Assembly (NCBI GenBank): GCA_050732955.1
Contig: JBOHRY010000269.1
Coordinates: forward strand, 1-36,302
Reading direction: 5' to 3'
Origin: Gemmatimonadales bacterium
GTDB taxonomy: Bacteria; Gemmatimonadota; Gemmatimonadetes; Gemmatimonadales; GWC2-71-9
DNA length: 36,302 nt
The notes beneath the pieces are model-generated. The model saw nothing but the letters and a program-made list of their open reading frames with translations, ran no database searches and was not told the DNA's origin. This document shows, in pieces, positions 10,730 through 19,919 of the stretch. Within the stretch, counting starts at the first letter, position 1, and each line of letters opens with the position of its first letter. Both the position numbers and the translations under genes were made by a program.

Positions 10730-10965
10730 ATGAATCACGAGCAGTTGATTCTGATGCGTTGACGGCCTGCTACACCGGCGATCCGGAGCCTGTTGCAACT
10801 TCCCGGCACCGCCGGTATCTCCCGAAGTGGCTTGACGTTCGGACGCCGCGGCGCGACAGACCCGATCGTCGTCTGCAGTCTGCTCGGGTGAGACCGGAGC
10901 GCTTGCTGGTGTTGCGCCATGCAGCGATCCCGATTCGGGACCGATCCTTGCGTTCTCCCTGGTCA

Positions 10966-11745
10966 ATGCCGCAGCTCCCACAGAAACCGCAACCGACCCA
11001 GACCACCACCGACGCCTTGTGGCGCCGTTGGCGCGATCATGGTGACGTCGAAGCCCGACGAGAATTGCTCGGGCGCTACCTCGGCCTGGTGCATCACGCG
11101 GCGCGCGAAGTGGCGCCACGCGTTCGCGACGCGGTTTCACTCGATGAGCTGGTGTCGGCGGGATCGCTCGGACTGATGCAGGCGATGGCCGGCTTCGACA
11201 TCGATCGCGGGCTGGCGTTCTCCACCTTTGCGATGCGCCGGATCCGCGGAGCCATCCTCGACGAATTGCGCGCGCGCGATCCGCTCTCGCGCGCGGACCG
11301 CGCTCACGTGCGCCGGCTTGATTCGGCGGTGGCCGAACTCGAGCAGCGCTCGGGTCGCGCTCCAACACCGCGCGAAGTGGCTCATCACCTCGGTGTGGAC
11401 AGCGATACGCTCCATCGCTGGCGTGAGCGCACAGCGCACGCGGGTGTCGTCTCGCTCGAGAGCGAACCCAATGGGCGGGTGCTCGCGGATCAGCTGGGCG
11501 ACGACGGCACCGACGCCGTGCACGGCGCAGTGGAGCGTGCCGAGCGGCGGGGTGCCATCCGCGCTGCGCTGGCCAATCTCCCGTCGCGCGAACGCCTGGT
11601 CGTGTCTCGTTCCTACTTCGAGGAGAAGCCGCTTCGCGAGATCGCGGCGGAGCTCGGAGTGACCGAGTCGCGCGTCTGCCAGTTACGAGCCCAGGCGCTG
11701 GCGCGCCTGCGCCGAGTCCAGACCCTGGAGTTTGCTCACGAGTAA
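10966..11745 (+). CDS. fliA: FliA/WhiG-type (sigma-28) RNA polymerase sigma factor
   Basis: Region 2: LVSAGSLGLMQAMAGFDIDRGLAFSTFAMRRIRGAILDELRARDPLSR. Region 4 HTH: LPSRERLVVSRSYFEEKPLREIAAELGVTESRVCQLRAQALARLR. I moved the start to ATG 10966 (259 aa). The TTG-10759 extension has visibly lower GC3, is Arg-rich and has no sigma-like sequence. Confidence 0.85.
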   Translation: MPQLPQKPQPTQTTTDALWRRWRDHGDVEARRELLGRYLGLVHHAAREVAPRVRDAVSLDELVSAGSLGLMQAMAGFDIDRGLAFSTFAMRRIRGAILDELRARDPLSRADRAHVRRLDSAVAELEQRSGRAPTPREVAHHLGVDSDTLHRWRERTAHAGVVSLESEPNGRVLADQLGDDGTDAVHGAVERAERRGAIRAALANLPSRERLVVSRSYFEEKPLREIAAELGVTESRVCQLRAQALARLRRVQTLEFAHE

Positions 11746-11834
11746 TCCGGCGTCAAGTATCCTCCTCGCCTGCTGTTGATCCTCCGTTGATGGTCCGCCC
11801 TTAGATTCCCGCATTGCTCCTCGACCACCGGTCC

Positions 11835-11840
11835 GGAGGG
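11835..11840 (+). promoter_or_regulatory. Shine-Dalgarno-like GGAGGG, 5 nt upstream of ATG 11846
   Basis: ccGGAGGGcaccgATG. Confidence 0.5.
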
Positions 11841-11845
11841 CACCG

Positions 11846-12721
11846 ATGCGGGCTCCATTCACCGAAATCGTCGACTACGCGGGGCTTTTTCCACCCGCGA
11901 CGTGCAGCATGGCCGACGCCGTGCGCCAATACGATGTCTACCGGCGTTCCGAAGATCGGTGGATGCTGGGACGCTTTGTCGTCGCCGCGATCCGGCTGGA
12001 GGAACTGGGTGAGGCGCTGGTGGCCGGTGGAATCGTTCCCGATCCTGGCGATCCGTGGCTGCTCACCGTGGTCATGGGAGCGGTCATCCCGGTCGAGCTC
12101 GAGCGGATCGCGGCGTTCGATGCCCAGTGGAGCGTTCGCGGCGTCGTGGCCGACAGCATCGAGTACCGGGTCGGAAGTGTCGGGCAGGTCACGGTGGTCG
12201 GCGACCAGATTCCGCGCCGATTCCGGCGCTATTTCGAGGTGCCACAGGTCGGGCCGTACGACGCGCTGGTGGCCGCCATCGGGAAGACCGACGCCATGGC
12301 GAAGATTCGCACCGGCGGGATGTCTCCCGAGCTATTTCCCGACGCGAGCGAACTCGCACGCTTTCTCGCCGCGGTCGTCAAGCATCGCGTTCCGTTCAAG
12401 GCGACGGCGGGGTTGCACCATCCCTTCCGCGGTTCGTATCCGATCAGTTACGCTCACGACGCTCCGCGACAGCTGATGTATGGCTTCGTCAACCTGCTTG
12501 TCGCTACCGCCGAACTCCGGCGCGGCGGTAAACGTGCCACGGCACAAGCGATTCTGGAGGAGAGCCGGCGGAACGCGTTTGCCTGGCACGACAAGGGGAT
12601 CGACTGGATGGATGAGCAGTACACCGAGGCCGAATTGGCGGCGGCGCACCAGCAACTGTTCGTCGGGTTCGGCTGCTGCTCTTTCCGGGAGCCGGTCGAC
12701 GAACTGAGCCTTGTCGGATGA
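11846..12721 (+). CDS. Hypothetical protein of unknown function (soluble, probably an enzyme)
   Basis: 291-aa ORF with high GC3 and a good RBS. Its stop overlaps the fahA start (ATGA at 12718-12721). No TM segments. I do not recognise the family. Notable motifs are AMAKIRTGG and PFKATAGLHHPFRG. Confidence 0.75.
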   Translation: MRAPFTEIVDYAGLFPPATCSMADAVRQYDVYRRSEDRWMLGRFVVAAIRLEELGEALVAGGIVPDPGDPWLLTVVMGAVIPVELERIAAFDAQWSVRGVVADSIEYRVGSVGQVTVVGDQIPRRFRRYFEVPQVGPYDALVAAIGKTDAMAKIRTGGMSPELFPDASELARFLAAVVKHRVPFKATAGLHHPFRGSYPISYAHDAPRQLMYGFVNLLVATAELRRGGKRATAQAILEESRRNAFAWHDKGIDWMDEQYTEAELAAAHQQLFVGFGCCSFREPVDELSLVG

Positions 12722-14010
12722 GGTCGCTCGACCGTTCCCACGATCCGGAGCGCCAGTGCTGGGTGGCCAGTGCGCGATCGCATCACGACTTTCCGATCCA
12801 GAATCTCCCGCTGGCCCGCGTCAAGCACGGCAACACCCCCGGAGCAATCGCCGTGGCGATCGGAGACGAAGCACTGCTCCTGCCGCTCGCGATCGATGCG
12901 GGGTGGGGGAAGGATCTGCCGCCGGGCGCCTTGAGTCTTGGCTTGTCCGCCCTGAACATTTTCGCCGCACGTCCGCCGGCAGAATGGCGCGCGGCCCGGC
13001 TGGCGCTGAGTGATGCGCTCAGCGATCCCCAATGGGAATCACGGCTCCGCCCGGCGTTGCGAGCGCGTGACGAGCTGGAATACCTGGTGCCGTTTCAGGT
13101 ATACGACTACACCGACTTCTACGCCTCGGCCTATCACGCCACCAATGTCGGATCGATGTTCCGCCCCGACAATCCGCTCCTTCCGAATTACAAGTGGGTG
13201 CCGATCGGATATCATGGGCGGGCGTCGTCGATCATCGTGTCCGGCACGCCGGTACGGCGGCCCAGCGGTCAGACGGCGCCAGGCGAGGGCGGTACGCCGG
13301 TGTTCGGTGCGACCAGGTCGCTCGACTACGAACTCGAACTGGGGATCTTTCTCGGCGGGCGCAACCCGCTGGGAACGCCGGTTGCAGCCTCGGAAGCCGC
13401 GGCGCGGATCTTCGGCGTCTGCCTGCTCAACGATTGGTCCGCGCGGGACGTCCAGGCGTGGGAATATCAGCCGCTCGGCCCCTTTCTCGCGAAAAATTTC
13501 GCCACCAGCATCTCGCCGTGGGTCGTGACCGCCGATGCGTTGCTGCCGTTCCATGTCCCGATGCCGGCGCGGCCGGCTGGCGATCCCGAGCCGCTGGAAC
13601 ACCTGCGCGTGCCGGAGAACTGGACCATCGCCGCCCAGCTCGAAGTTCTCCTCAGTACCGCGGCGATGCGAGCGCGTCACGACCCGGAGATGGTTGTGAG
13701 TCAGGTGCAGTTTGACCAGGCGATGTACTGGAGTCCGTCTCAATTGGTGGTGCACCACGCCAGCAACGGCTGCAATCTGTACATGGGCGACTTGCTCGGC
13801 ACCGGCACCGTTTCGGGAGCCGAGCCGGCGTCGCGCGGCTGCCTCCTCGAACGAACCTGGCGTGGCACCGAACCGCTCGCCCTGCCCGACGGCGAGACGA
13901 GGAAGTTTCTCGAGGACGGTGACGAGGTGGTCTTCCGCGGAACATGCCAGGCGCCGGGTGCGGTCGCGATCGGCTTTGGCGAATGCCGCGGGGTCGTAAT
14001 TCCGGCATGA
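12718..14010 (+). CDS. fahA: Fumarylacetoacetase (fumarylacetoacetate hydrolase)
   Basis: 430 aa. The N-terminal FAH signature HDFPIQNLPLARV, then YTDFYAS..HATNVG, WVPIGYHGRASS, DYELELG and YMGDLLGTGTVSG. Confidence 0.9.
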   Translation: MRSLDRSHDPERQCWVASARSHHDFPIQNLPLARVKHGNTPGAIAVAIGDEALLLPLAIDAGWGKDLPPGALSLGLSALNIFAARPPAEWRAARLALSDALSDPQWESRLRPALRARDELEYLVPFQVYDYTDFYASAYHATNVGSMFRPDNPLLPNYKWVPIGYHGRASSIIVSGTPVRRPSGQTAPGEGGTPVFGATRSLDYELELGIFLGGRNPLGTPVAASEAAARIFGVCLLNDWSARDVQAWEYQPLGPFLAKNFATSISPWVVTADALLPFHVPMPARPAGDPEPLEHLRVPENWTIAAQLEVLLSTAAMRARHDPEMVVSQVQFDQAMYWSPSQLVVHHASNGCNLYMGDLLGTGTVSGAEPASRGCLLERTWRGTEPLALPDGETRKFLEDGDEVVFRGTCQAPGAVAIGFGECRGVVIPA

Positions 14011-14531
14011 GCCGGGAAGTCGATGTGGTTATCACCTATCTGGAGTTGCCGGCGCTCGGCAGCGCGTTCCGGCCGGCAGCTCGTGAGCTTCCTCCAGACT
14101 GCGAGCTGCAGCTCGAACGGCCACCGGAAGCAGCGCGGATTGCCGGAGAGATGTATCGCTGTGTGGGCGCGGAGTATTACTGGCTCGACCGGATCAGGTG
14201 GACCGATGATCAGTGGCGCGAGGTCGTCGATCAGCCCGGCGTCGAACTCTGGACGGCGCGGATCGGGGCCAGGATTGCCGGCTATTATGAATTGCATGGC
14301 GACGCGAGTGCCGTCGAAATCAAGTATTTCGGATTGACCCCTCCGTTCATCGGACAGGGGGTCGGCGGGCCGTTGCTCTCTGCTGCGGTCCGGCGCGCTC
14401 TGGCGATCGGTCCGGGGACGGTGAAGCTCAATACCTGTACCCTGGATCATCCCGCCGCGTTGGCGAATTATCTGGCCCGCGGTTTCGCGCCGGTGCGCAC
14501 CGCGCGGGAACGACGAGTGCTCCCCACATGA
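14007..14531 (+). CDS. GNAT-family N-acetyltransferase
   Basis: Acetyl-CoA-binding motif FIGQGVGGPLLSAAV and a C-terminal ANYLARGF. The start was set at ATG 14007 (ATGA overlap with the fahA stop) rather than track start 13944. Confidence 0.8.
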   Translation: MSREVDVVITYLELPALGSAFRPAARELPPDCELQLERPPEAARIAGEMYRCVGAEYYWLDRIRWTDDQWREVVDQPGVELWTARIGARIAGYYELHGDASAVEIKYFGLTPPFIGQGVGGPLLSAAVRRALAIGPGTVKLNTCTLDHPAALANYLARGFAPVRTARERRVLPT

Positions 14532-15163
14532 GTCTCGCATCACGCCGCCGTAACTACGCCCGCGCCGCGCTCGACGAAGCGAAGTTGTCTCGCGATCCGA
14601 TGCTGCAATTCGGCGAGTGGTTTGCCGAAGTTGAACGCAGCGAGCTCGCCGAGCCAAACGCGATGACGCTCGCGACCGCGGATGCGCGCGGCCGGCCCAG
14701 TGCCCGGATCGTGCTGTTCAAGGGTTTCGACGCCGAGGGGTTCGTGTTTTACACCGACTACCGATCGCGAAAAGGTCGCGAGCTCGAGAGCAATCCGTAC
14801 GCAGCGCTGGTCTTCCACTGGATGGAACTCGAGCGTCAGGTGCGCGTCGTCGGCCGGGTCGAGCGCGTCGATGAGGCGCAGTCGCTGGCATACTTTCGCT
14901 CCCGTCCGATCGGCTCCCAACTGGGTGCCTGGGCGTCGCGGCAAAGCGCCGTGCTTCGTGACCGCAGCGAGCTCGACGCTCAGGTGGCGAGGGTGAAGGC
15001 GGAGTTCGCCGGGCGCGACATCCCGTTGCCACCGCATTGGGGCGGCTTCCGGCTCCGGCCGGATGAGGTCGAATTCTGGCAGGGGCGTCCGGATCGCCTG
15101 CATGACCGGATCCTGTACACGCGCGGTGCCGACGAGTGGACGCAAGTACGACTGTCGCCATGA
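14528..15163 (+). CDS. pdxH: Pyridoxamine 5'-phosphate oxidase
   Basis: ARIVLFKGFDAEGFVFYTDYRSRKGRELESNPYAALVFHW..LERQVRVVG..YFRSRPIGSQLGAWASRQS...WGGFRLRPDEVEFWQGRPDRLHDR. ATGA overlap with the upstream stop. Confidence 0.95.
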   Translation: MSLASRRRNYARAALDEAKLSRDPMLQFGEWFAEVERSELAEPNAMTLATADARGRPSARIVLFKGFDAEGFVFYTDYRSRKGRELESNPYAALVFHWMELERQVRVVGRVERVDEAQSLAYFRSRPIGSQLGAWASRQSAVLRDRSELDAQVARVKAEFAGRDIPLPPHWGGFRLRPDEVEFWQGRPDRLHDRILYTRGADEWTQVRLSP

Positions 15164-16059
15164 CGAGTCACGAGCGAGGGCTTCGGCTCGTGCGGCTCGG
15201 ACTCGTGGCCAACGCGCTGCTTGCAATTGCCAAGGGCATCGCCGGGGCGCTGGGGCATTCGTATGCCCTGCTGGCCGATGCGGCAGAATCGGCGGCGGAC
15301 GTCGGTGGCTCGATCGTGGTCTGGAGTGCACTGCGCGTCTCGGCACAGTCACCCGATTTCGATCACCCGTATGGTCACGGCAAGGCCGAACCGCTCGCGG
15401 CGGCTGGAGTCGGAGTCCTCCTCTGCCTCGCCGCGCTCGGCATCATGGTGAAGGCGGTCGCCGCCACCGTCTCGCCGCACCGCGCACCCGCGCCGTTCAC
15501 GCTCGGCGTCCTGGTGCTGGTGATTGCCGTCAAGATGACGCTCGCGAAAACGGTGCTCAAGGCGGCGGACGACGCCGGGAGTCGCGCGCTTGCCGCCGAC
15601 GCGTGGCATCATCGCGCCGATGTCGTCACGTCCGCCGCCGCGTTCGTCGGAATCTCCGCCGCGTTGCTTGGCGGCCCCGGGTGGGAGTGGTGCGATGGCG
15701 CGGCCGGGTCGATTGCATCGATCGTGGTCTTCATGAACGGAATGCACATCCTGCGTCCCGCGCTGCACGAACTGATGGACGGTGCGCCCGACATCCAGGT
15801 GCTGGAACGGGTATTCGTCGCGGCACGCTCGGTGAGCGGCGTCCGCCTGATCGAGCACCTCAAGGCTCGCAAGCTCGGCGCCCATTTTCTGGTGGATTTG
15901 CATGCGCAGGCTGATCCGGAGATGTCGCTCGACCAGGCGCATCTTCTGAGCGGACGGATCAAGACCGCGGTGCGGGAGGCGGTCCCGGCCGTCCAGGATG
16001 TCCTGGTGCACATGGAGCCGTTTCACCAGCCGAGCGGCGAAGGCATGGCATCGCGATGA
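15160..16059 (+). CDS. Cation diffusion facilitator (CDF) family metal efflux transporter
   Basis: TM-rich N-terminus with HSYALLADAAESAADVGGS and ADAWHHRADVVTS (metal-site His/Asp), and a cytoplasmic C-terminal domain. The start was set at ATG 15160 (ATGA overlap with the pdxH stop). Confidence 0.88.
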   Translation: MTSHERGLRLVRLGLVANALLAIAKGIAGALGHSYALLADAAESAADVGGSIVVWSALRVSAQSPDFDHPYGHGKAEPLAAAGVGVLLCLAALGIMVKAVAATVSPHRAPAPFTLGVLVLVIAVKMTLAKTVLKAADDAGSRALAADAWHHRADVVTSAAAFVGISAALLGGPGWEWCDGAAGSIASIVVFMNGMHILRPALHELMDGAPDIQVLERVFVAARSVSGVRLIEHLKARKLGAHFLVDLHAQADPEMSLDQAHLLSGRIKTAVREAVPAVQDVLVHMEPFHQPSGEGMASR

Positions 16060-17390
16060 CAGCGGCGCTTACCACCCTGGAGCAGCACGCCGCCAGCGAA
16101 CTCGCCCGGCTGGCGCCGCCCGGCGTTGCCTGTCTGCTGGCGGTATCGGGCGGTCCTGATTCCCTGTCGCTGCTCGAGATCTTACATCGAAGTCGCGAGG
16201 TACACCAGCACCGGCTTATCGTCGCGCACGTTGACCACGGACTGCATCCCGAGAGCGGGGCCGTCGCGGCCGCCGTTGCCGGCGCCGCGGAAGCGCGCGC
16301 GATCGAATGCCATGTGGTCCGGCTGAACCTTCCTGCCGGAGTCAGCGAGACCATTGCCCGGCGCTCCCGTCGCGCGGCATTACGCCGGATCGCCGCCACG
16401 GCCGATGCCGGGGCGATCGTGCTGGCGCATCATGCCGACGATCAAGCCGAGACGGTACTGCTGCGCGTGCTGAGGGGATCGGGACCGGCGGGGCTCGCCG
16501 GAATGACTGCGCGCCGTGGACCCTGGCTACGTCCGCTCCTTCGGGTGCGCCGTGCCGAACTTGCCGATTACCTCACGTCACGGCGGCTCGTCGCGTGGGC
16601 CGATCCTGCCAACAGCGATCCCCGGCACCTTCGGTCCTGGGTTCGCACCCGGATCGTTCCAGCGCTGCAACAGCGCCTTCCCGATCTGGTCGAGCGATTG
16701 ACCGGTCTCGGCGCGCAGGCGGCGGCGGCTCGGGCTGCCTGGAGCGAGGTACTCGACGCGCTTCCCCAGCTCGACGTACGGGCAGAGCTTCGTGGCATTT
16801 CCGTTGCTGCACCTGTGCTGCAGGGGTATCGTTCAGCGCTGCGGCACGCCATTCTGGCGGCGGTCGGACGACAGATTGGCGTGCTGATCGGAAGCCGCCA
16901 CCTCGCGGCGCTTGATCGGCTGCTCGCGGCGGGAGCTCAAGGCGGAGCGATCGATCTCACGGGCCGGTTCAGAGCGGAACTGGCGTTTGGCCGATTGGCG
17001 TTGTACCAGAGCGAAGACGCTGTACCGGATCCGCGCCGATTGGCTCCGGGAGAAGATGCCACATTCGGAGCGGCACGATTTCACACCCGGGTGGGAAAGG
17101 CGGATTCGCCGACGCGCGACGGATGGCAAGCGGCACTTCATCCGGGTGCGTACTTCGTGCGACGGTGGCAACCAGGAGACCGGATTCGTCCTCTCGGAGG
17201 AACCGGCACCCGTCCGGTTGCGGTGCTGTTGCGGGAAGCGCGAATTCCTCCGGCGCGGCGCACGTCGTGGCCAGTGGTGGTGAAGGCTGATGATGCAACC
17301 ATCGTGTGGGTTCCGGGCATCTGTCGGGCTGATGCCGGGGTACCCGCGAAAGGGACCGAGGCCTGGCGTGTCGAGTGTGCTTTCGCCTGA
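16056..17390 (+). CDS. tilS: tRNA(Ile)-lysidine synthetase
   Basis: PP-loop LLAVSGGPDSLSLL, AHHADDQAETVLLRVLRGSG and RPLL..RR. Conserved tilS-hpt-ftsH order. ATGA overlap upstream. Confidence 0.9.
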   Translation: MTAALTTLEQHAASELARLAPPGVACLLAVSGGPDSLSLLEILHRSREVHQHRLIVAHVDHGLHPESGAVAAAVAGAAEARAIECHVVRLNLPAGVSETIARRSRRAALRRIAATADAGAIVLAHHADDQAETVLLRVLRGSGPAGLAGMTARRGPWLRPLLRVRRAELADYLTSRRLVAWADPANSDPRHLRSWVRTRIVPALQQRLPDLVERLTGLGAQAAAARAAWSEVLDALPQLDVRAELRGISVAAPVLQGYRSALRHAILAAVGRQIGVLIGSRHLAALDRLLAAGAQGGAIDLTGRFRAELAFGRLALYQSEDAVPDPRRLAPGEDATFGAARFHTRVGKADSPTRDGWQAALHPGAYFVRRWQPGDRIRPLGGTGTRPVAVLLREARIPPARRTSWPVVVKADDATIVWVPGICRADAGVPAKGTEAWRVECAFA

Positions 17391-17391
17391 A

Positions 17392-17925
17392 ATGAAACGC
17401 CGTGCCGGCGGACACGATCTGCGCATCGTGTTCGACGAAGCAACGATCGCCGCCCGGGTCCGGCAGCTGGGTCAGGAGATCACCGCGGCATTTCCGGATG
17501 GCGACCTGCTTGTCCTCGGTTTGCTCAAGGGCAGCTTCATCTTTCTGAGCGACCTGGTGCGGCAGATCGACCGCCCGCTGCATCTCGACTTTCTCGTCGC
17601 CGCATCGTACGGAGCCGGGACAGTGTCGAGCGGCACCGTGCGACTGGTCTACGATCCCGAGACTCCCCTTGAAGGAAAACATCTGTTGATCGTCGAAGAC
17701 ATCATCGACAGCGGACGCACGATGCAGAAGATGCTCTCATTGCTCGCGGTGCGGCGTCCGGCAACGCTGGCGGTGTGCGCTCTGCTCGACAAGCAACTCC
17801 TGGCGGTCCCCATTCCCGAGGTTCGCTGGGTGGGGTTTTCCGCACCTCCCGCCTTCCTGGTCGGCTACGGCCTGGATCACGCGGAAGACTTTCGACATCT
17901 CCCGTTCATCGGTGACCTGAGCTGA
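17392..17925 (+). CDS. hpt: Hypoxanthine phosphoribosyltransferase
   Basis: LLKGSFIFLSDLVRQI and the PRPP-binding motif HLLIVEDIIDSGRT, ending VGYGLD. The start was set at ATG 17392, 1 nt after the tilS stop. Confidence 0.9.
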   Translation: MKRRAGGHDLRIVFDEATIAARVRQLGQEITAAFPDGDLLVLGLLKGSFIFLSDLVRQIDRPLHLDFLVAASYGAGTVSSGTVRLVYDPETPLEGKHLLIVEDIIDSGRTMQKMLSLLAVRRPATLAVCALLDKQLLAVPIPEVRWVGFSAPPAFLVGYGLDHAEDFRHLPFIGDLS

Positions 17926-19919
17926 TGCCTGACCGCAATATTTCGCGCCCGCCCTCCGGTGGCTGGGGGGCCATGAGCAAGCACCTGGCGTTGTGGGTGC
18001 TCGCCATCCTGATCTTCATCGGCGGATTCCAGTACATCTCGAAGCAGCACGCGCCGAGCCAGATCGCCTACACCGAATACACGCACCAGCTGGACGCCGG
18101 CAACGTGAAGTCGGTGGAAATCGTCGAGGGCAAACTGGTGACCGGTGACTTCCGGCAACCGGTGACTTTGCCACCGGATAACCGCGCGGCGAGCCAGTTC
18201 ACGGTGCTGTTGCCGGTGGCCAATTCCGAAGCCGAGATCCAGCGCCTCAAGGCCGCGAACGTCGAAATCACCGCCAAGGAGCCCAAGGAAAACCTGGTGG
18301 CGCTGCTGATCGCCATCCTGCCGTGGGCGGCGCTGGTGCTGCTCTACTGGTTCATCTTCCGGCAGATGCAAGCCGGCGGGAACCGCGCCTTCTCGTTCGG
18401 GAAGTCGAAGGCGAAGCTGCTGACCGGCGACACCCCCAAGGTCACCTTCGCCGACGTCGCAGGTGCCGATGAGGCGAAGGTCGAATTGCAGGAAATCATC
18501 GAGTTCCTCAAGGACCCGCAGAAGTTCACCCGTCTGGGCGGGCGGCTGCCGAAGGGCGCGCTGCTGGTCGGTCCTCCGGGCACCGGCAAGACGCTGCTCG
18601 CCAAGGCCGTCGCCGGCGAAGCCGGGCGGCCGTTCTTCTCGATGTCGGGCTCGGACTTCGTCGAGATGTTCGTGGGCGTCGGCGCGTCACGGGTGCGCGA
18701 TCTCTTCGAACAGGGAAAGGCGCACGCGCCGTGCATCATTTTCATTGACGAGATCGACGCCGTCGGGCGGCATCGCGGCGCGGGTCTTGGTGGCGGCCAC
18801 GACGAGCGCGAACAGACGCTCAACCAGCTGCTGGTCGAAATGGAAGGATTCGAGTCGAACGAAGGCGTCATCCTGATCGCGGCCACCAACCGTCCCGACG
18901 TGCTCGATCCCGCGCTGCTGCGGCCGGGACGCTTCGATCGTCAGATCGTGGTGGATTCGCCGGATGTGCGGGGCCGCGAAGGCATTCTCCGGGTGCATAC
19001 CCGGAAGATTCCGCTCGCGAGCGATGTCAATCTCGGCTACATCGCCCGGGGCACGCCGGGCATGGCGGGCGCCGACCTCGCCAACCTCGTGAACGAGGCA
19101 GCGCTGCTCGCCGCGCGGCGCAACAAGAACGCCGTCGACATGGCGGACTTCGAGGAAGCCAAGGACAAGGTGATGCTCGGCGTCGAGCGCAAGTCGCTGG
19201 TGCTGACCGAGGATGAGAAGCGATTGACGGCGTATCACGAGGCCGGCCACGCCGTGGTGTCGATGAAGACCGAGGGCAGCGATCCGGTGCACAAGGTCAC
19301 CATCATCCCCCGGGGTCGCGCCCTCGGGCTCACCGCTTCGCTTCCCGAGACGGATCGCCACAACTACACGCGCGACTGGCTCATCGGGCGACTGGCAATG
19401 TGCTACGGCGGCCGCGCCGCCGAGGAGATCACCTTCGGCAAGGGCGCAGTGACGACCGGAGCCGGCGGTGACATTCAGCAGGCGACGGCACTGGCCCGCC
19501 GCATGGTCATGGAATACGGCATGAGCGATGTCGTCGGCCTCATGGCGGTCGGCGAACGCGAGCAGGAGGTATTTCTCGGCCGCGAATTCGGTAGTCGTCG
19601 CGAGACCTCCGAGCGCACCGCGGAACTGGTGGATGAAGAGGTGAAGCGCCTGCTGGACGAGGCGTTCGCCACGGCACTCCGGCTCCTTCGCGAGCATCAC
19701 GACCTGCTGGAACGGATTGCGCAGGCACTGCTCGAACGCGAAACGATCGATCGTGACGACCTCGACCTGCTGGCGAAGAACTTGCCGTTGCCGCCGCGGC
19801 CTGCCGCACCGCCGCCGTCCTCGCCGCCGCCGGGCGTCCCGGTGGGACGCGAGTCGCCCGCGCTCCGCGGTTCACCACCGATCCTGGGAGCGCCGCCGGC
19901 CGAACCCGCCGGCGCGTGA
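17925..19919 (+). CDS. ftsH: ATP-dependent zinc metalloprotease FtsH
   Basis: Two N-terminal TMs, Walker [19 protein letters not shown], Walker [14 protein letters not shown] region [19 protein letters not shown], and zinc site HEAGHAV. Pro-rich C-terminal tail. Confidence 0.97.
   Translation: MPDRNISRPPSGGWGAMSKHLALWVLAILIFIGGFQYISKQHAPSQIAYTEYTHQLDAGNVKSVEIVEGKLVTGDFRQPVTLPPDNRAASQFTVLLPVANSEAEIQRLKAANVEITAKEPKENLVALLIAILPWAALVLLYWFIFRQMQAGGNRAFSFGKSKAKLLTGDTPKVTFADVAGADEAKVELQEIIEFLKDPQKFTRLGGRLPKGALLVGPPGTGKTLLAKAVAGEAGRPFFSMSGSDFVEMFVGVGASRVRDLFEQGKAHAPCIIFIDEIDAVGRHRGAGLGGGHDEREQTLNQLLVEMEGFESNEGVILIAATNRPDVLDPALLRPGRFDRQIVVDSPDVRGREGILRVHTRKIPLASDVNLGYIARGTPGMAGADLANLVNEAALLAARRNKNAVDMADFEEAKDKVMLGVERKSLVLTEDEKRLTAYHEAGHAVVSMKTEGSDPVHKVTIIPRGRALGLTASLPETDRHNYTRDWLIGRLAMCYGGRAAEEITFGKGAVTTGAGGDIQQATALARRMVMEYGMSDVVGLMAVGEREQEVFLGREFGSRRETSERTAELVDEEVKRLLDEAFATALRLLREHHDLLERIAQALLERETIDRDDLDLLAKNLPLPPRPAAPPPSSPPPGVPVGRESPALRGSPPILGAPPAEPAGA

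Noticed and set aside
10759-10837. Two TTGACG hexamers (10759-10764 and 10832-10837) upstream of fliA, considered as -35 elements
   Set aside because: No acceptable -10 hexamer lies at 16-19 nt spacing (tccgga and gacaga). The evidence is insufficient to call a promoter.
10735-10920. 61-aa minus-strand ORF inside the fliA upstream intergenic region
   Set aside because: It is short, has no RBS or motif support, and overlaps the spurious TTG extension region. It is most likely non-coding.
10759-10965. TTG-initiated 69-aa N-terminal extension of the sigma factor ORF
   Set aside because: Third-codon positions here contain many A/T, unlike the surrounding genes. The peptide is Arg-rich with no sigma region 1-like sequence. 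ATG 10966 gives a normal FliA of about 259 aa.
11776-11807. TTGATC (11776) and TTGATG (11787) with TAGATT (11802) in the fliA-downstream spacer, considered as a sigma-70-like promoter for the long array
   Set aside because: The spacings are 20 nt and 9 nt, both outside the canonical 16-18 nt range. This is plausible promoter territory, but no specific call can be supported.
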